Source: an uncultured Nitrososphaerota archaeon
GTDB taxonomy: Archaea; Thermoproteota; Nitrososphaeria; Nitrososphaerales; Nitrosopumilaceae
Direction: 5' to 3'
NCBI GenBank assembly: GCA_963824385.1
Contig: CAWGPD010000004.1
Location: 256,001-320,000, forward strand
DNA length: 64,000 bases
Shown here: positions 39,434 through 50,306 of the stretch, one piece after another
Layout: each line of letters opens with the position of its first letter
Position numbering within the stretch: position 1 is the stretch's first letter
The notes under the pieces: model-generated
Database searches by the model: none
The model's input: the letters and a program-made list of their open reading frames with translations, nothing else
What the model was told of the DNA's origin: nothing
Translations under genes and position numbers: made by a program

Positions 39434-41239
39434 ATGGAAAAATATGTAGTAGACACTAGCATCATAATTGACGGCGAGATTACCAAGTTAATTGAAGCTG
39501 GAACCTTAACAAATTGTGAAATAATAATTCCTGTTGCGGTTTTAGATGAATTACAATCACAGGCATCCCAACACAAGGATTATGGCTTCATAGGTCTAGA
39601 AGAGATTAAAAAAATTCGTGATCTTGCGGAAAAAAACAACATTATCCTAAGATTTGAAGGTGAGAGGCCCAGCATGGAGGATATAAAACTTGCAAGACAT
39701 GGCAGAATTGATGCAATAATTAAAGACATTGCAAAAAAGAACGGTGCTACATTTTATACTGCAGACTATGTTCAGGCATTGGTAGCTCAAGTGGAAGGAG
39801 TAAAAACAAGCTACTCAAAACCACAGATAAAAATTTCAGATTTAGAATTTGAGAAATTCTTTGATAACCAAACTATGAGCATTCACCTCAAGGAAGGAAC
39901 TACACCTCTTGCAAAACGAGGAAAACCTGGTGGATTTTCTCTAGTAGAAATCAATGAAACGGTACTGACAAAAGAATACTTGGAAGGAATTACTACAGAA
40001 ATCTTGGAAGCATCAAGAGCTACCCGATTGGGCATAATTGAAATATCAAAATCAGGAGTAATAGTAATCCAATACAAAGATTTCAGAGTAGTAGTAACCC
40101 ATTCACCATTTTCAAGCAGTTATGAAATCACAATAACTCATCCCATAGTAAAAATGGCATTAGAACAGTATACAATTTCTGAAAAGTTAATGAAACGTAT
40201 TTCTGGAGAGGCTGAAGGAATACTAATTTCAGGGGCACCAGGCTCTGGCAAGAGTACTTTTGCATCAAGCCTTGCAGATTTTTACTCTAACAAAGGCAAG
40301 ATAGTAAAGACGTTCGAGTCACCAAGAGATCTTTCTGTAAGCAAGAAGGTAACACAATATACGCAACTTGAAGGAAGTTTTGAAAATGCTGCAGATATAC
40401 TACTTCTTGTCAGACCAGACTATACAATATTTGATGAGGTAAGAAGATTTCATGATTTTAGAGTATTCTCAGACCTAAGACTTGCAGGAGTTGGAATGGT
40501 AGGAGTTGTGCATGCACATGCTCCTCTTGACGCAATACAGAGGTTCATAGGAAAAGTTGAGCTTGGTATGATTCCACATATTTTGGATACTGTTGTCTTT
40601 ATTCAAGCAGGTCAAATTTCCAAAGTATACGAATTAGAATTCAAAGTAAAGGTTCCTACAGGGATGACAGAGCAGGACTTGGCAAGACCAGTCATAGAAA
40701 TTAGAAATTTTGAAGACCATGTTCTAGAGTATGAAATCTACACATTTGGTGAGGAGAATATAGTAATTCCAATATCAAAAGAAAGCAAAAGTGGAGGAAT
40801 AGAAAAACTTGCAGAATCTAAAATCAGAGACACAATACGAAGATTTGATTCGGATGCAGAAATAGAGATTTTATCAAATAACAGCATACGAGTACGAGTA
40901 GACAAGGAATCAATTCCATCAATAATTGGCAGAGGTGGTGCCACAGTAAATGATCTTGAGAAAACACTTGGTGTTCATATCGATGTTGTGTCAAAGGAAG
41001 AATCTTCCAGAGGTGGAGAATGGTTTGAAATGTCAGAATCAGGAAATAATTTTATTTTAGAAGTTGACATATCAAAGTCAGGTATGGATGCAGAGATTTA
41101 TGTCAGTGATAGAAATGTATTGTCTACCAGAGTTGGAAAAAACGGCAAGATAATAATTGCAAAAAAATCCACAGCAGGAAGAAGATTGATTGATGCAGTG
41201 ATGTCAAAAAATGACATCAAGGTAACCGTCCATGATTAG
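39434..41239 (+). CDS. PIN-domain ATPase with KH domain (PINA-like)
   Basis: VVDTS PIN, GAPGSGKST, FESPRDL, RPDYTIFDE, IIGRGG. Confidence 0.92.
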   Translation: MEKYVVDTSIIIDGEITKLIEAGTLTNCEIIIPVAVLDELQSQASQHKDYGFIGLEEIKKIRDLAEKNNIILRFEGERPSMEDIKLARHGRIDAIIKDIAKKNGATFYTADYVQALVAQVEGVKTSYSKPQIKISDLEFEKFFDNQTMSIHLKEGTTPLAKRGKPGGFSLVEINETVLTKEYLEGITTEILEASRATRLGIIEISKSGVIVIQYKDFRVVVTHSPFSSSYEITITHPIVKMALEQYTISEKLMKRISGEAEGILISGAPGSGKSTFASSLADFYSNKGKIVKTFESPRDLSVSKKVTQYTQLEGSFENAADILLLVRPDYTIFDEVRRFHDFRVFSDLRLAGVGMVGVVHAHAPLDAIQRFIGKVELGMIPHILDTVVFIQAGQISKVYELEFKVKVPTGMTEQDLARPVIEIRNFEDHVLEYEIYTFGEENIVIPISKESKSGGIEKLAESKIRDTIRRFDSDAEIEILSNNSIRVRVDKESIPSIIGRGGATVNDLEKTLGVHIDVVSKEESSRGGEWFEMSESGNNFILEVDISKSGMDAEIYVSDRNVLSTRVGKNGKIIIAKKSTAGRRLIDAVMSKNDIKVTVHD

Positions 41240-41722
41240 TTATTGAAAATTTTCAAGAATTTTTGGATTAGATTTTAAAAATGTAACAAACTTTCTTAGT
41301 TGCTTTATGGTTTGCGGGTTAAGATGATGCTCAATTCCTTCAACATCTTGATTTGCAATTTCGTGGTTTATTCCAAGCATCCTAAAGAACTCAAGTAGAG
41401 TACCATGCTTTTGTCTTACGGTATCTGCTAGTGATGTACCTTTTTGTGTCAAGTTTATTCTTCTATATTTCTCATATTCCAGATATCCACCATCACCTAG
41501 TTTTTGGACCATTTTTGTAACAGAGGGAGCGCTGACGTTAAGATACCTTGAGATATCAAGAGTATTTGCATATCCCTTGAGTTCCACAAGTTCAGATATC
41601 ACCTCAAGATAATCTTCGATTCTAGAATAATCAGTTTTTGCCGACTTATGTGCCTCTTTTATAGATTCTAGCCTCTCAGCCCGCTTTTCTTTCATATTTT
41701 TGATAATTACATTTGAAATCAT
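41240..41722 (-). CDS. DtxR/MntR metal-dependent transcriptional regulator
   Basis: EDYLEVI, VSAPSVTKM, GIEHHL. Confidence 0.92.
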   Translation of the reverse strand: MISNVIIKNMKEKRAERLESIKEAHKSAKTDYSRIEDYLEVISELVELKGYANTLDISRYLNVSAPSVTKMVQKLGDGGYLEYEKYRRINLTQKGTSLADTVRQKHGTLLEFFRMLGINHEIANQDVEGIEHHLNPQTIKQLRKFVTFLKSNPKILENFQ

Positions 41723-41810
41723 ATAACCTAATCTGTTGATCAGAAATGTTTACCCAGTTGTGAGTGATCTTTTGCGTGGAATGTTAACTATCATTTCAAA
41801 AAGAGAGGTC

Positions 41811-42155
41811 ATGGATGAGGGAATGAAGACTAGTATTGATAAAATAAAGAAAGTAAGAGATTCCCTTCACAGAAGAGCAAAGATGTACTCTGATCTTGGA
41901 AAGATGGACGATAGAGGAACTGCGCGTGCATTAGGTTCAGTCCAGAGAGCATCAGCACCAGGAAAAAAGATCACAAAGATAGGATTCATTATGCTTATTT
42001 CACCAGATCCATTTAGCACACCTTTTGCCGTTCCCATGATAATTGCTGGAAAATATCTGGAAAAAGTATACAACGGTGCAACCATCAAAGACATTGGGCA
42101 GGAGACCAAGAATTTTGTTTCTGACATGTCCAGCATCAAAGACCACATAAACTAA
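41811..42155 (+). CDS. Hypothetical protein (start probably ATG 41811)
   Basis: GAGGT directly upstream; hydrophobic hairpin IGFIMLISPDPFSTPFAVPMIIAG. Confidence 0.55.
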   Translation: MDEGMKTSIDKIKKVRDSLHRRAKMYSDLGKMDDRGTARALGSVQRASAPGKKITKIGFIMLISPDPFSTPFAVPMIIAGKYLEKVYNGATIKDIGQETKNFVSDMSSIKDHIN

Positions 42156-42217
42156 TTCCAAGAAAAATTCCATTATTTTTGCATTAGTTTTTAACTAGAC
42201 ATCGACCCTAGTTTTTT

Positions 42218-42712
42218 GTGGCAACTAGAGGCCAAGTTTTGATACCAATAGCAATTGCAGCAGTTGCAATTGGGATAGTAGGAGTAATTACAATTCCTGC
42301 GGATTCCAAACTTTCCGAAGTCAATTTTCCAAGAGGAACCATAAAGATAGATAGCAAGATACTAGACGTACAAATAGCAGAAACAGATGCTCAGCATATT
42401 AGAGGACTGATGTTTCAAAATGAACTACCAGATGATCAGGGGATGATTTTTGTATTTAATCAAGAACAGGTTGTACCAATCTGGATGCTAAATATGCAAT
42501 TTCCATTAGATATAATTTGGTTTGACGCAGATGGGAATGTTGTACATATAGAAAAAAATGTTCCTCCGTGTAAATCTGCTTTGGAGACTGCCACATGTAC
42601 AGTACAAAATGCAGATGGTAAAAAAGCAAAATATGTTTTAGAAGTAACTGCAGGATTTGCAAACAAATACAACGTTACTGAAAGCTCAAAGATGCAAGTG
42701 ATTTCAGTTTAA
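42218..42712 (+). CDS. DUF192 protein
   Basis: RGLMF, GMIFVF, WMLNMQFPLDIIW, YVLEV.AG. Confidence 0.9.
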   Translation: MATRGQVLIPIAIAAVAIGIVGVITIPADSKLSEVNFPRGTIKIDSKILDVQIAETDAQHIRGLMFQNELPDDQGMIFVFNQEQVVPIWMLNMQFPLDIIWFDADGNVVHIEKNVPPCKSALETATCTVQNADGKKAKYVLEVTAGFANKYNVTESSKMQVISV

Positions 42713-42713
42713 G

Positions 42714-44621
42714 TTAGAACTTGTCTAGTGTTTGTAGTTCTGCAAGTGCCGCCTTTATTTCATCTACAGATGCTTCATCTTCTAATGTACTAATATCACC
42801 GACTTGTTCATTTTTTGCTATTGCCTTTAGGAGACGTCTCATTATTTTACCACTTCGTGTCTTTGGAAGTCTTTTAACAAAATACAATTGATCAGGGGCA
42901 GCAATTGGGCCAATTGTTTTTCTAATGTGGTTTGTCAATTCTTCCTTTAGAGATATAGTTGGCGTAATCCCCTCTTTTAGTACGACAAATGATATGATAG
43001 CCTCGCCTTTTACTTCGTGAGGTATTCCACATACTGCAGCTTCTGCTACTGTGTGGTGTGAGACAAAAGCGCTCTCTAGTTCGGCAGTACCTAGTCTATG
43101 TCCTGCCACTTTGAGTACATCATCTGCCCTTCCAAGCATCCAGATATAGCCATCTTTGTCTTTGATCGCATAATCTCCGGGATAGTACATGTTTTCATAC
43201 TTGGACCAGTAAACGGATTTGTATTTTTCATCATCGCCCCATAATGTAAGAAGCATTCCAGGCCAAGGATTTGTAATTACAAGATATCCTTTGGAATCAG
43301 GTTGTACCTCTTTTCCATGTTCGTCAACTACAGATAATGAAACTCCTGGAACAGGTCTTGTTGCAGAACCTGGTTTTAGCGCAATTGTTTCCAATCCCGG
43401 AACTGGCGAGACCAGCGCGCCTCCAGTTTCAGTCTGCCACCACGTATCTATTATCGGGCATTTTTCTTTTCCAATTATTTTAAAATACCATTTCCAAACT
43501 TGGGGATTGATTGGTTCTCCAACAGTTCCAAGTAATTTCAAACTAGAAAGATCATTTGAATTCGGAAGTTCGTCTCCAAATTTCATAAACATCCTAAGTG
43601 CAGTTGGCGTAGTATACAAAATTGTAACTTTGTATCTAGATATAATCTCCCATATTTTTGCAGGAGTTGGATAGTCTAGTGCACCCTCATACATTATCTG
43701 AGTGGCACCATGCATCAGCGGACCATATGCAATGTCACTATGTCCAGTAACCCACCCTATATCAGCAGTACAAAAATAAACATCAGAATCTTGAATATCA
43801 AAAATCCACTTGAATGTGCTGTAGATGTGGGTAAGATAACCACCAGTCCCATGTAGTACTCCTTTTGGTTTTCCAGTTGTTCCCGATGTGTAGAGAATGT
43901 AAAGCGGATGTGTACTGTCAAGCACTTCTGCGTCACATAGTGGTGACATGCTTGCAACAAGTTCATTCCATTTTTTGTCCCGTTTTGTTATAGTGACATT
44001 ATTTTTTGTGTGCTCTAAAACAAGTACGTGTTCAACAAAGTCAAGATCTGAAATGGCTTCATCTACAATATCTTTTAATTTTATAATACTACCACGCCTT
44101 TTTCCTCCATCTGAAGTGATTATGATTTTGGATTTTGAATCATCTACCCTGTCCCTAATTGATTGTGCACTAAAGCCTGAAAATATTACAGTATGAATTG
44201 CCCCAATTCGTGCACATGCAAGCAATGACATTATTAATTCAGGCACCATTGGAAGGTAAACAGTTACTCTGTCACCTTTTTTGACTCCAAGAGATTTTAA
44301 TGCATTTGCAAGCTTTGATACCTCGGACAGCAGTTCTTGATATGTTAGTTCCCTTTTTGTTCCGTCCTCGCCTTCCCATATTATAGCCTTTTTGTGCGGA
44401 TTTTTCTTTACAGTTACATCCAATGCATTGTATGAAGCATTAATCTTGCCCCCTACAAACCATCTTGCAAATGGAGGATTCCATTCCAAAGCAGTGTGCC
44501 ACTTTTCAAACCAATATAGTTTTGCAGCCTGTCCTTCCCAAAATTTTATTCTGTCTTCCGTAGCATCATTTCTAGTCTTGAGATCATTGTTTCCCAGACC
44601 TATTTCATAAGTAGAATCCAA
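42714..44621 (-). CDS. acs: Acetate--CoA ligase (AMP-forming)
   Basis: YTSGTTGKPKG, DTWWQTETG, GRADD, PKTRSGKIMRR. Confidence 0.95.
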   Translation of the reverse strand: MDSTYEIGLGNNDLKTRNDATEDRIKFWEGQAAKLYWFEKWHTALEWNPPFARWFVGGKINASYNALDVTVKKNPHKKAIIWEGEDGTKRELTYQELLSEVSKLANALKSLGVKKGDRVTVYLPMVPELIMSLLACARIGAIHTVIFSGFSAQSIRDRVDDSKSKIIITSDGGKRRGSIIKLKDIVDEAISDLDFVEHVLVLEHTKNNVTITKRDKKWNELVASMSPLCDAEVLDSTHPLYILYTSGTTGKPKGVLHGTGGYLTHIYSTFKWIFDIQDSDVYFCTADIGWVTGHSDIAYGPLMHGATQIMYEGALDYPTPAKIWEIISRYKVTILYTTPTALRMFMKFGDELPNSNDLSSLKLLGTVGEPINPQVWKWYFKIIGKEKCPIIDTWWQTETGGALVSPVPGLETIALKPGSATRPVPGVSLSVVDEHGKEVQPDSKGYLVITNPWPGMLLTLWGDDEKYKSVYWSKYENMYYPGDYAIKDKDGYIWMLGRADDVLKVAGHRLGTAELESAFVSHHTVAEAAVCGIPHEVKGEAIISFVVLKEGITPTISLKEELTNHIRKTIGPIAAPDQLYFVKRLPKTRSGKIMRRLLKAIAKNEQVGDISTLEDEASVDEIKAALAELQTLDKF

Positions 44622-44644
44622 TATGGTTTAGTTGTATGTATGTT

Positions 44645-44684
44645 AAAAAAAAGGTTCGCTCAAATTGGAGTAGGGAGCGAATCC
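44645..44684 (-). terminator. Stem-loop plus T8 tract downstream of cdvA
   Basis: Minus strand GG(A)TTCGCTC-13 nt-GAGCGAACC-TTTTTTTT. Confidence 0.6.
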
Positions 44685-44703
44685 TCCGTCCCATCAGAGT
44701 AAT

Positions 44704-45526
44704 TTAAGATGATGATATTCTCTTAAGCCAGTCTGAATCTTGCTGGGCTTCATCACCATCGGCTCCAATTGCTACTGGCTGTGGTGTCGGTGCAGTGGGA
44801 ATACTGTTACCAACAACAGGGCTAGCAGATACTAGAGTCTGTGGCACTGAAGTTGAAGGATTTTCTACCTTTCCAAGATATGAAATGGCGGCTGAATGAA
44901 CGTCCTGTTTTGGACTCTCGATGCGCTCTCCACTCTCAACTGAAAGATCGTTGATGCGACGTTGGATACTTGTTATCTCTGCCTTTTCATGTTCGATGTG
45001 TTCGATGATTTCGACCGTGTGAGTCTTGACTAGGTCAAACTTGGCATCAGATATTTCATTGCTCTTGTTTTGCAACTTTGCATCAAATCTTAGCATTCTA
45101 ATTGACTTTAGCCTGAGTCTCAAGTTCTGCAAGTCTTTTCTCTAATTTTTCTTTGATCTGTCTTTCGGTCTCATCCAGAGTTAACAGTTTTACCCTATAC
45201 TTCTCATGGATCAGTTCAGCGTCCTCTTTCATGTCATCGTTTTCAGATACGATATCCATCAGAGCTCGTATACGGCGCATTGTAAGCCCCTTTTCGCGCA
45301 ATAATCTTTGTGCATCTAATCTCCACCTAGGGATGAAGATTACATATTGTCCTTGTATGACTAGTTGCTCGAATGCTATCTGCTTTAGCCCTTCAGAACC
45401 ACAATCAACACCTACGGTTTGTACACTTCCATCGATGTCAGTTATGGTACCTATGACTTTGCCGATATAGGTGCCGTACATGTCCTTAACTTGCTTGCCG
45501 ATAAATTCGATCTCTTCTTTGCTCAT
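44704..45526 (-). CDS. cdvA: Cell division protein CdvA; +1 frameshift at ~45108-45118
   Basis: FIGKQVKDMYGTYIGKV (PRC-barrel-like), IPRWRLDA, coiled coil; continues KSIRMLRFDAKLQ..SNEIS in the adjacent frame. Confidence 0.85.
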
Positions 45527-45667
45527 TAGAATAGGTGTTCTAAATTTCATATAATCAACAAAGTGTTAACAAGCTTTCAAGTTTTGGTAAGATCATTTTC
45601 ACTAATGATCCTTGGAAAAATGAAAAATACGTAATTTTATAATCATAGGATTAGTAATGGTCCAATA

Positions 45668-45952
45668 ATGATTACAAAAGAAGAGTTGGATCAGATACTA
45701 CATTTTGTCTCCAAGCGGTGGGTGGATATGAGCAGAGATGAAAAGCACAAAGCATTTGAAAGCATACCGACAGATTTTTGGATGAACTCAATGGGCGGTA
45801 CTGCCGGAGATGGAAAATGGGTAACAACTCTAATGTATACAGAAGATCCGCAAGAAGCAGAATCATTTAAAGAAGTTTTACTTAGATGGCAGTCAAAACA
45901 TAATGCTCCAAAGACAGGACCGTCAGACTTGATCCAGATTGGAAAGAAGTAG
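45668..45952 (+). CDS. Hypothetical protein
   Basis: 94-aa ORF upstream of and co-oriented with thyX. Confidence 0.55.
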   Translation: MITKEELDQILHFVSKRWVDMSRDEKHKAFESIPTDFWMNSMGGTAGDGKWVTTLMYTEDPQEAESFKEVLLRWQSKHNAPKTGPSDLIQIGKK

Positions 45953-45980
45953 TTATTTATAATTGGGTTGAAATCAAATC

Positions 45981-47609
45981 GTGTTGTCCGAGTTTTCAAA
46001 TTCTGAAAAGCAAAGTTTGCTAAAACATTTTTCAAATGTGGACGATTCTGTATTTGCCATAATCAGCCCAAGACAGGTTGACAGAGGCGCACTGATGTCA
46101 AGATATAGTAGAACTGATAAAAGCATGAGGAAGATATTTCTTGACGAATTTTTACAAAATGAAAATCGTGGAGAAGAGTTTTACAATAAAGTATTACTAG
46201 AATATGGAGATGATTCAGTTGCAGAGCTTGGTGAAGCACAGATTGCAATTGAAGGACTGTCGAATATCGCTGTAAAAAAAATAGAAGATAGAAGAATTGG
46301 ATTGTCATATCTTGAAAAATCATCAAGATATGTTGCATGGGATAAGAAAGTAAATGGAGATTTCAAGTTTTACAGAGAACCAGAGATAATGAATTCAAAG
46401 TATGCAGATAAATATCTAGATGCATGCAATCTAGATTTTGAAATTTATTCAAAAAACATCCAGCCTGTGATAAATTACATGCAAGAGCAAGAGCCAATCA
46501 ATAATCAAAAGTTTAGAAATTCAAAAGGAGTTGACGTGTCATTCTCAAAACTCTCCGGTGAAGATGAGGTAAAATCTGCAACTAGAATTTACAATGCAAC
46601 CATTAAGGCCAAAGCGCTAGACATTCTCAGAGGTATACTTCCAGCATCCACTCTCACTAATGTCGGAATTACTGGAAATGGAAGAGCGTTTGAGTATCTG
46701 CTAACCATACTATATTCTTCGAGTCTAGAAGAAGAAAGAATATTGGCTCAAAAAATTCACAGAGAACTAAATACCATAATCAAGTCATTTGTAAGAAGGG
46801 CAGACGATAACCATGGTAAGGCCTTGCAGGAATATCTTGTAAGTATAAAGACAAAATCAAATGCATTAAATAAAAAATATCTCAAAACAAAAGGAAAAAG
46901 AAAGTTCCTTGTTGACTTGGTTGATTTTGAATCCCAAAATAAAGCAGAAGAGAAGATAATTTCTTCCATATTATATGAACAGTCAAACGGAGTTTCATTT
47001 AGAGAAATACTTGCCCAGGTAAGAAAGATAAATCAATCAGACAGGAGAAAAATAATTACCACATTTGCAAGTCTAAGACAAAACAGAAGGCAGCGACCTC
47101 CGCGTGCATTTGAAATGACTGAATACACTTTTGATTTTCTGACAAACTTTGGAATGTTTCGAGACTTTCATAGACATCGTGTCTTGACACTAGAAAGACA
47201 ATTGCTTACAACAGATCATGGATATGTCGTTCCAGATGAAATTGTACAACTAGGAATCAAAAAAGACTATGATGACTGTATGCATAATTCAAAACAAGTC
47301 TTTGAACTTTTGAAGACAAAGATGCCAGAGCAAGCACAGTATGTTGTAAACTTTGCATACAATTATCCATATTTTATGAAATTAAATCTCAGAGAAGCAG
47401 TACATTTAATTGAATTAAGAACTGTTCCGCAGGGACACCAGGACTATAGAAAAGCTGCACAGGAAATGTTCAAGGCAATAATCAAAGTACACCCAAACCT
47501 GTCTACCATAATCAAATTTGCAGACATGAAATCCTACAAACTTGAGAGATTAGAGGCAGAAAAAAGAATCGAAGCGAAACGAAATAGGCTATCAGAAAAT
47601 TCAAAATAA
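45981..47609 (+). CDS. thyX: FAD-dependent thymidylate synthase, tandem Thy1 domains
   Basis: [36 protein letters not shown]. Confidence 0.92.
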   Translation: MLSEFSNSEKQSLLKHFSNVDDSVFAIISPRQVDRGALMSRYSRTDKSMRKIFLDEFLQNENRGEEFYNKVLLEYGDDSVAELGEAQIAIEGLSNIAVKKIEDRRIGLSYLEKSSRYVAWDKKVNGDFKFYREPEIMNSKYADKYLDACNLDFEIYSKNIQPVINYMQEQEPINNQKFRNSKGVDVSFSKLSGEDEVKSATRIYNATIKAKALDILRGILPASTLTNVGITGNGRAFEYLLTILYSSSLEEERILAQKIHRELNTIIKSFVRRADDNHGKALQEYLVSIKTKSNALNKKYLKTKGKRKFLVDLVDFESQNKAEEKIISSILYEQSNGVSFREILAQVRKINQSDRRKIITTFASLRQNRRQRPPRAFEMTEYTFDFLTNFGMFRDFHRHRVLTLERQLLTTDHGYVVPDEIVQLGIKKDYDDCMHNSKQVFELLKTKMPEQAQYVVNFAYNYPYFMKLNLREAVHLIELRTVPQGHQDYRKAAQEMFKAIIKVHPNLSTIIKFADMKSYKLERLEAEKRIEAKRNRLSENSK

Positions 47610-47647
47610 AGAAATTTAATTTTAAATTAAAGATATGCCATAGTACA

Positions 47648-48733
47648 CTATTGCGAACTATTGAAATATTTTAGGACGTCGTTGATATCTCCTACTTCAA
47701 TTACCTTCATGCCATATTTGCTTTCCATGATGGATGTTAATGATACATCTTGCGGACTGCATGATTGGTACACAAAAGGACCTTGAGTTGATTGTGTGCA
47801 ATGCTGCTCTTCTACAACCCCCTGACCGCTAGGCACAAGAAAGATCTTGGCACCATAATTTGCTGCAGCTTGTGCCTTTTCCAAAACCCCACCAATTGGA
47901 CCTATAGTACCATCAGGCTGAATTGTTCCAGTCATCAATACATGTCCATTAATGGATTTTCCAAGAATTGCTGAAGTTAGTAATACAGTCATTGCGCCAC
48001 CTGCACTTCCACCATCTACTGCTTGCAAGTTTTGATCATTAGCGGTAATTGAAAATATTACATCCTTGTTTGACAAGTCTATTCCTGTTATGTTATGAGC
48101 TACTTGTACTGCGACACGGGCAGAATTTTGAAAGTCCACACCTTCTGGTATTGCAGTGTTTGCAAGTACAAGACCTGTGCCGTCTCTAATATTGACTGTT
48201 ATCTTCAAGATGGTCCCGTTGTAAGCAGTAGTCTGAAAGAAACCATCGCTTTGCACTATAGGATATACAGTGACAGCAGAAATTGATTCAGCATAATTGT
48301 TTGAATTAGCTATTTGATTTCCAGGTACATTTTGAGTCTGTGTCAAAAGTTCATTGTATTTCATCTGCAAGGCATCATATCTTGTTTGCAGATCATCAAT
48401 TTTTTGTACCATGGTGCTGTTTTGGCTTGCAATTAAGGGCAGTGAAGACGTTTGAGATATGCGGATTATGCCATTGTCAATCAAGTATTTCATGGCATTT
48501 AAAAAGTCAGAATCACTAGTCTGACCTTCAGACCACCATTTTGTAGCATTTCTAAACCAGTTTGGAATGGAATTTGTAGAAAGTGTATAATTAGATGATT
48601 GTTGTTGGGCAGATGCTTTGGCAAACAACCCAGATGTAATGGTTCCATTAGTCATATTGATTGTAAAGCCAACACTGACTATACCAATAACAATCATACA
48701 GGATATCAAAACTACAACATTTTTTCCATTCAT
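47648..48733 (-). CDS. Secreted/anchored S16 (Lon-type, ATPase-less) serine protease with thaumarchaeal surface repeat
   Basis: VDGGSAG, MTGTI, GGVLEK; IPNWFRNATKWWSEG..DSDFLNAMKYLIDNGII repeat. Confidence 0.88.
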   Translation of the reverse strand: MNGKNVVVLISCMIVIGIVSVGFTINMTNGTITSGLFAKASAQQQSSNYTLSTNSIPNWFRNATKWWSEGQTSDSDFLNAMKYLIDNGIIRISQTSSLPLIASQNSTMVQKIDDLQTRYDALQMKYNELLTQTQNVPGNQIANSNNYAESISAVTVYPIVQSDGFFQTTAYNGTILKITVNIRDGTGLVLANTAIPEGVDFQNSARVAVQVAHNITGIDLSNKDVIFSITANDQNLQAVDGGSAGGAMTVLLTSAILGKSINGHVLMTGTIQPDGTIGPIGGVLEKAQAAANYGAKIFLVPSGQGVVEEQHCTQSTQGPFVYQSCSPQDVSLTSIMESKYGMKVIEVGDINDVLKYFNSSQ

Positions 48734-48893
48734 TAGCTAATCACGTTTCAGAAAAGATATCCACTTTTCGCAATTATAAATTTTAACATAGACACGTAAG
48801 ACAGAGATACAATCTATTAATGCCATATCAAAGTTGCAAGTATTTTACAAGTTTCAGATATATTTTTGCAACAAGCAATCCTGTAAAATGGTT

Positions 48894-49532
48894 TTAAATA
48901 TTATGTGCTGAGGAAGAGGCTTGATCTACAGGCATGGTTGGCAGTTTGTCATTGATTGCAGCCTCTGCAACTGCTGAGGCTTCTTGAAGAATCTTCTCGG
49001 ATTCTTCACTTGTAGCCCCAGAGTCAACTCCAAAGTCTCCACTGTGGAATGTATCAGTCATAAGACCACCTAGCATCTCAGTCATTCCAGTTAGCTCATG
49101 GTCTGCTTCAGGCATAAATTTAACAAGCGAAGATTTTATGTTTTTCATCAAGCCTATCGTAGGCATTATAGTTACTACGGTATCTCCCAGATCATGGAAT
49201 GTTGTAAGTCTAATCTCCATCTGCTCCAGAGCAATTCTTGCATTTCCTAAGAGCTTTGTTACTTTTCTAACTTCAGATAATTCTTTTGATAAAACCTTAC
49301 TTGTAGTAATATCGTGATTTTGTGTTGCAATTACAATTCTTTGAAATAACTTTTCTTCTTTTTGCTTTAGTTTGGCAATTAGTCCATCAAGTTTTCCCAC
49401 TTGAGCTTGGATTCTTTTTACACCACTCTCTAGTCTTGGTTTTAACGCTCCTTGTGGTTTTATTTTATCATGAAATGTTTCACCAATGCTTGGTTTGTGA
49501 GACTTTTCCCAAGAGTTTGCAAATGGTGCCAT
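48894..49532 (-). CDS. ESCRT-III/Snf7 (CdvB paralog)
   Basis: Coiled coil, KELSEVRK, ALEQMEIRLTT, EESEKILQEASAVAE. Confidence 0.9.
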   Translation of the reverse strand: MAPFANSWEKSHKPSIGETFHDKIKPQGALKPRLESGVKRIQAQVGKLDGLIAKLKQKEEKLFQRIVIATQNHDITTSKVLSKELSEVRKVTKLLGNARIALEQMEIRLTTFHDLGDTVVTIMPTIGLMKNIKSSLVKFMPEADHELTGMTEMLGGLMTDTFHSGDFGVDSGATSEESEKILQEASAVAEAAINDKLPTMPVDQASSSAHNI

Positions 49533-49896
49533 GATTAAACATAAAATAATTGGTTTTTAATTTCAAGTGTAAAATATGGTCAGTATCGCATTAAATTTAA
49601 CTGACAAAGTATAATCACTGCCTAATTTAGCATATGAATGGGTCCTATTTTCCATACAAAACTAAAAATTCATTCAAAGATTCAAACTGTTTACCCTGTC
49701 ATAGTTGCAAATTATGATTATTTCACATATTGGAGAATGTTTTGTTAATATAATACCCGGGTTTTATGATTCGTCAAATTTTTAAGCAAGATCAGAGAAC
49801 TTTGTATTGCAAATGCAACAGATCAGACAACTTGCAAGTGCAGAAGAAAGGATGCAAAAATACAAAGAAAGATTGTGGGTGGCGACATCATAAGAC

Positions 49897-50229
49897 ATGG
49901 GCAATCCAGATAATTGGAATTATGATTACAATTCAGATAAACCGCCAAAGGTGCCAAAGAAGAAATTAAAACAAATTTACTTGGTGCCTATTTTTGCGGT
50001 GCTTGGAATTGTAGGATTTGCAGTTGTATGGCAAAACCTGTACAATGATACTAGTGTATGCGATGATGATATTGCTCAAGTAAATTCAGTGATCAACTCA
50101 ACAGGCGTTATAGATGCAAATGATACGTTATTTCAAAAACTTGGAACTGATGGCTGTATAGACATTTCTAAATATCAGGGAGTAATCTCTACTCAAATTC
50201 CACACCTTACGCATCTCTTTAAGCCATAA
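49897..50229 (+). CDS. Hypothetical single-TM protein
   Basis: TM IYLVPIFAVLGIVGFAVVW; two Cys in the C-terminal part. Confidence 0.55.
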   Translation: MGNPDNWNYDYNSDKPPKVPKKKLKQIYLVPIFAVLGIVGFAVVWQNLYNDTSVCDDDIAQVNSVINSTGVIDANDTLFQKLGTDGCIDISKYQGVISTQIPHLTHLFKP

Positions 50230-50306
50230 CTTTCAAAATTAACCTCTAGAAACATCCTGTCAAAAGATATTCATCATAGTTTTAACGAATAATATTTTTT
50301 AAAAAA

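Noticed and set aside
49766..49969. 67-aa Cys/Lys-rich ORF
   Set aside because: Overlaps the more plausible TM-protein ORF 49897..50229 in another frame and has no recognisable motif
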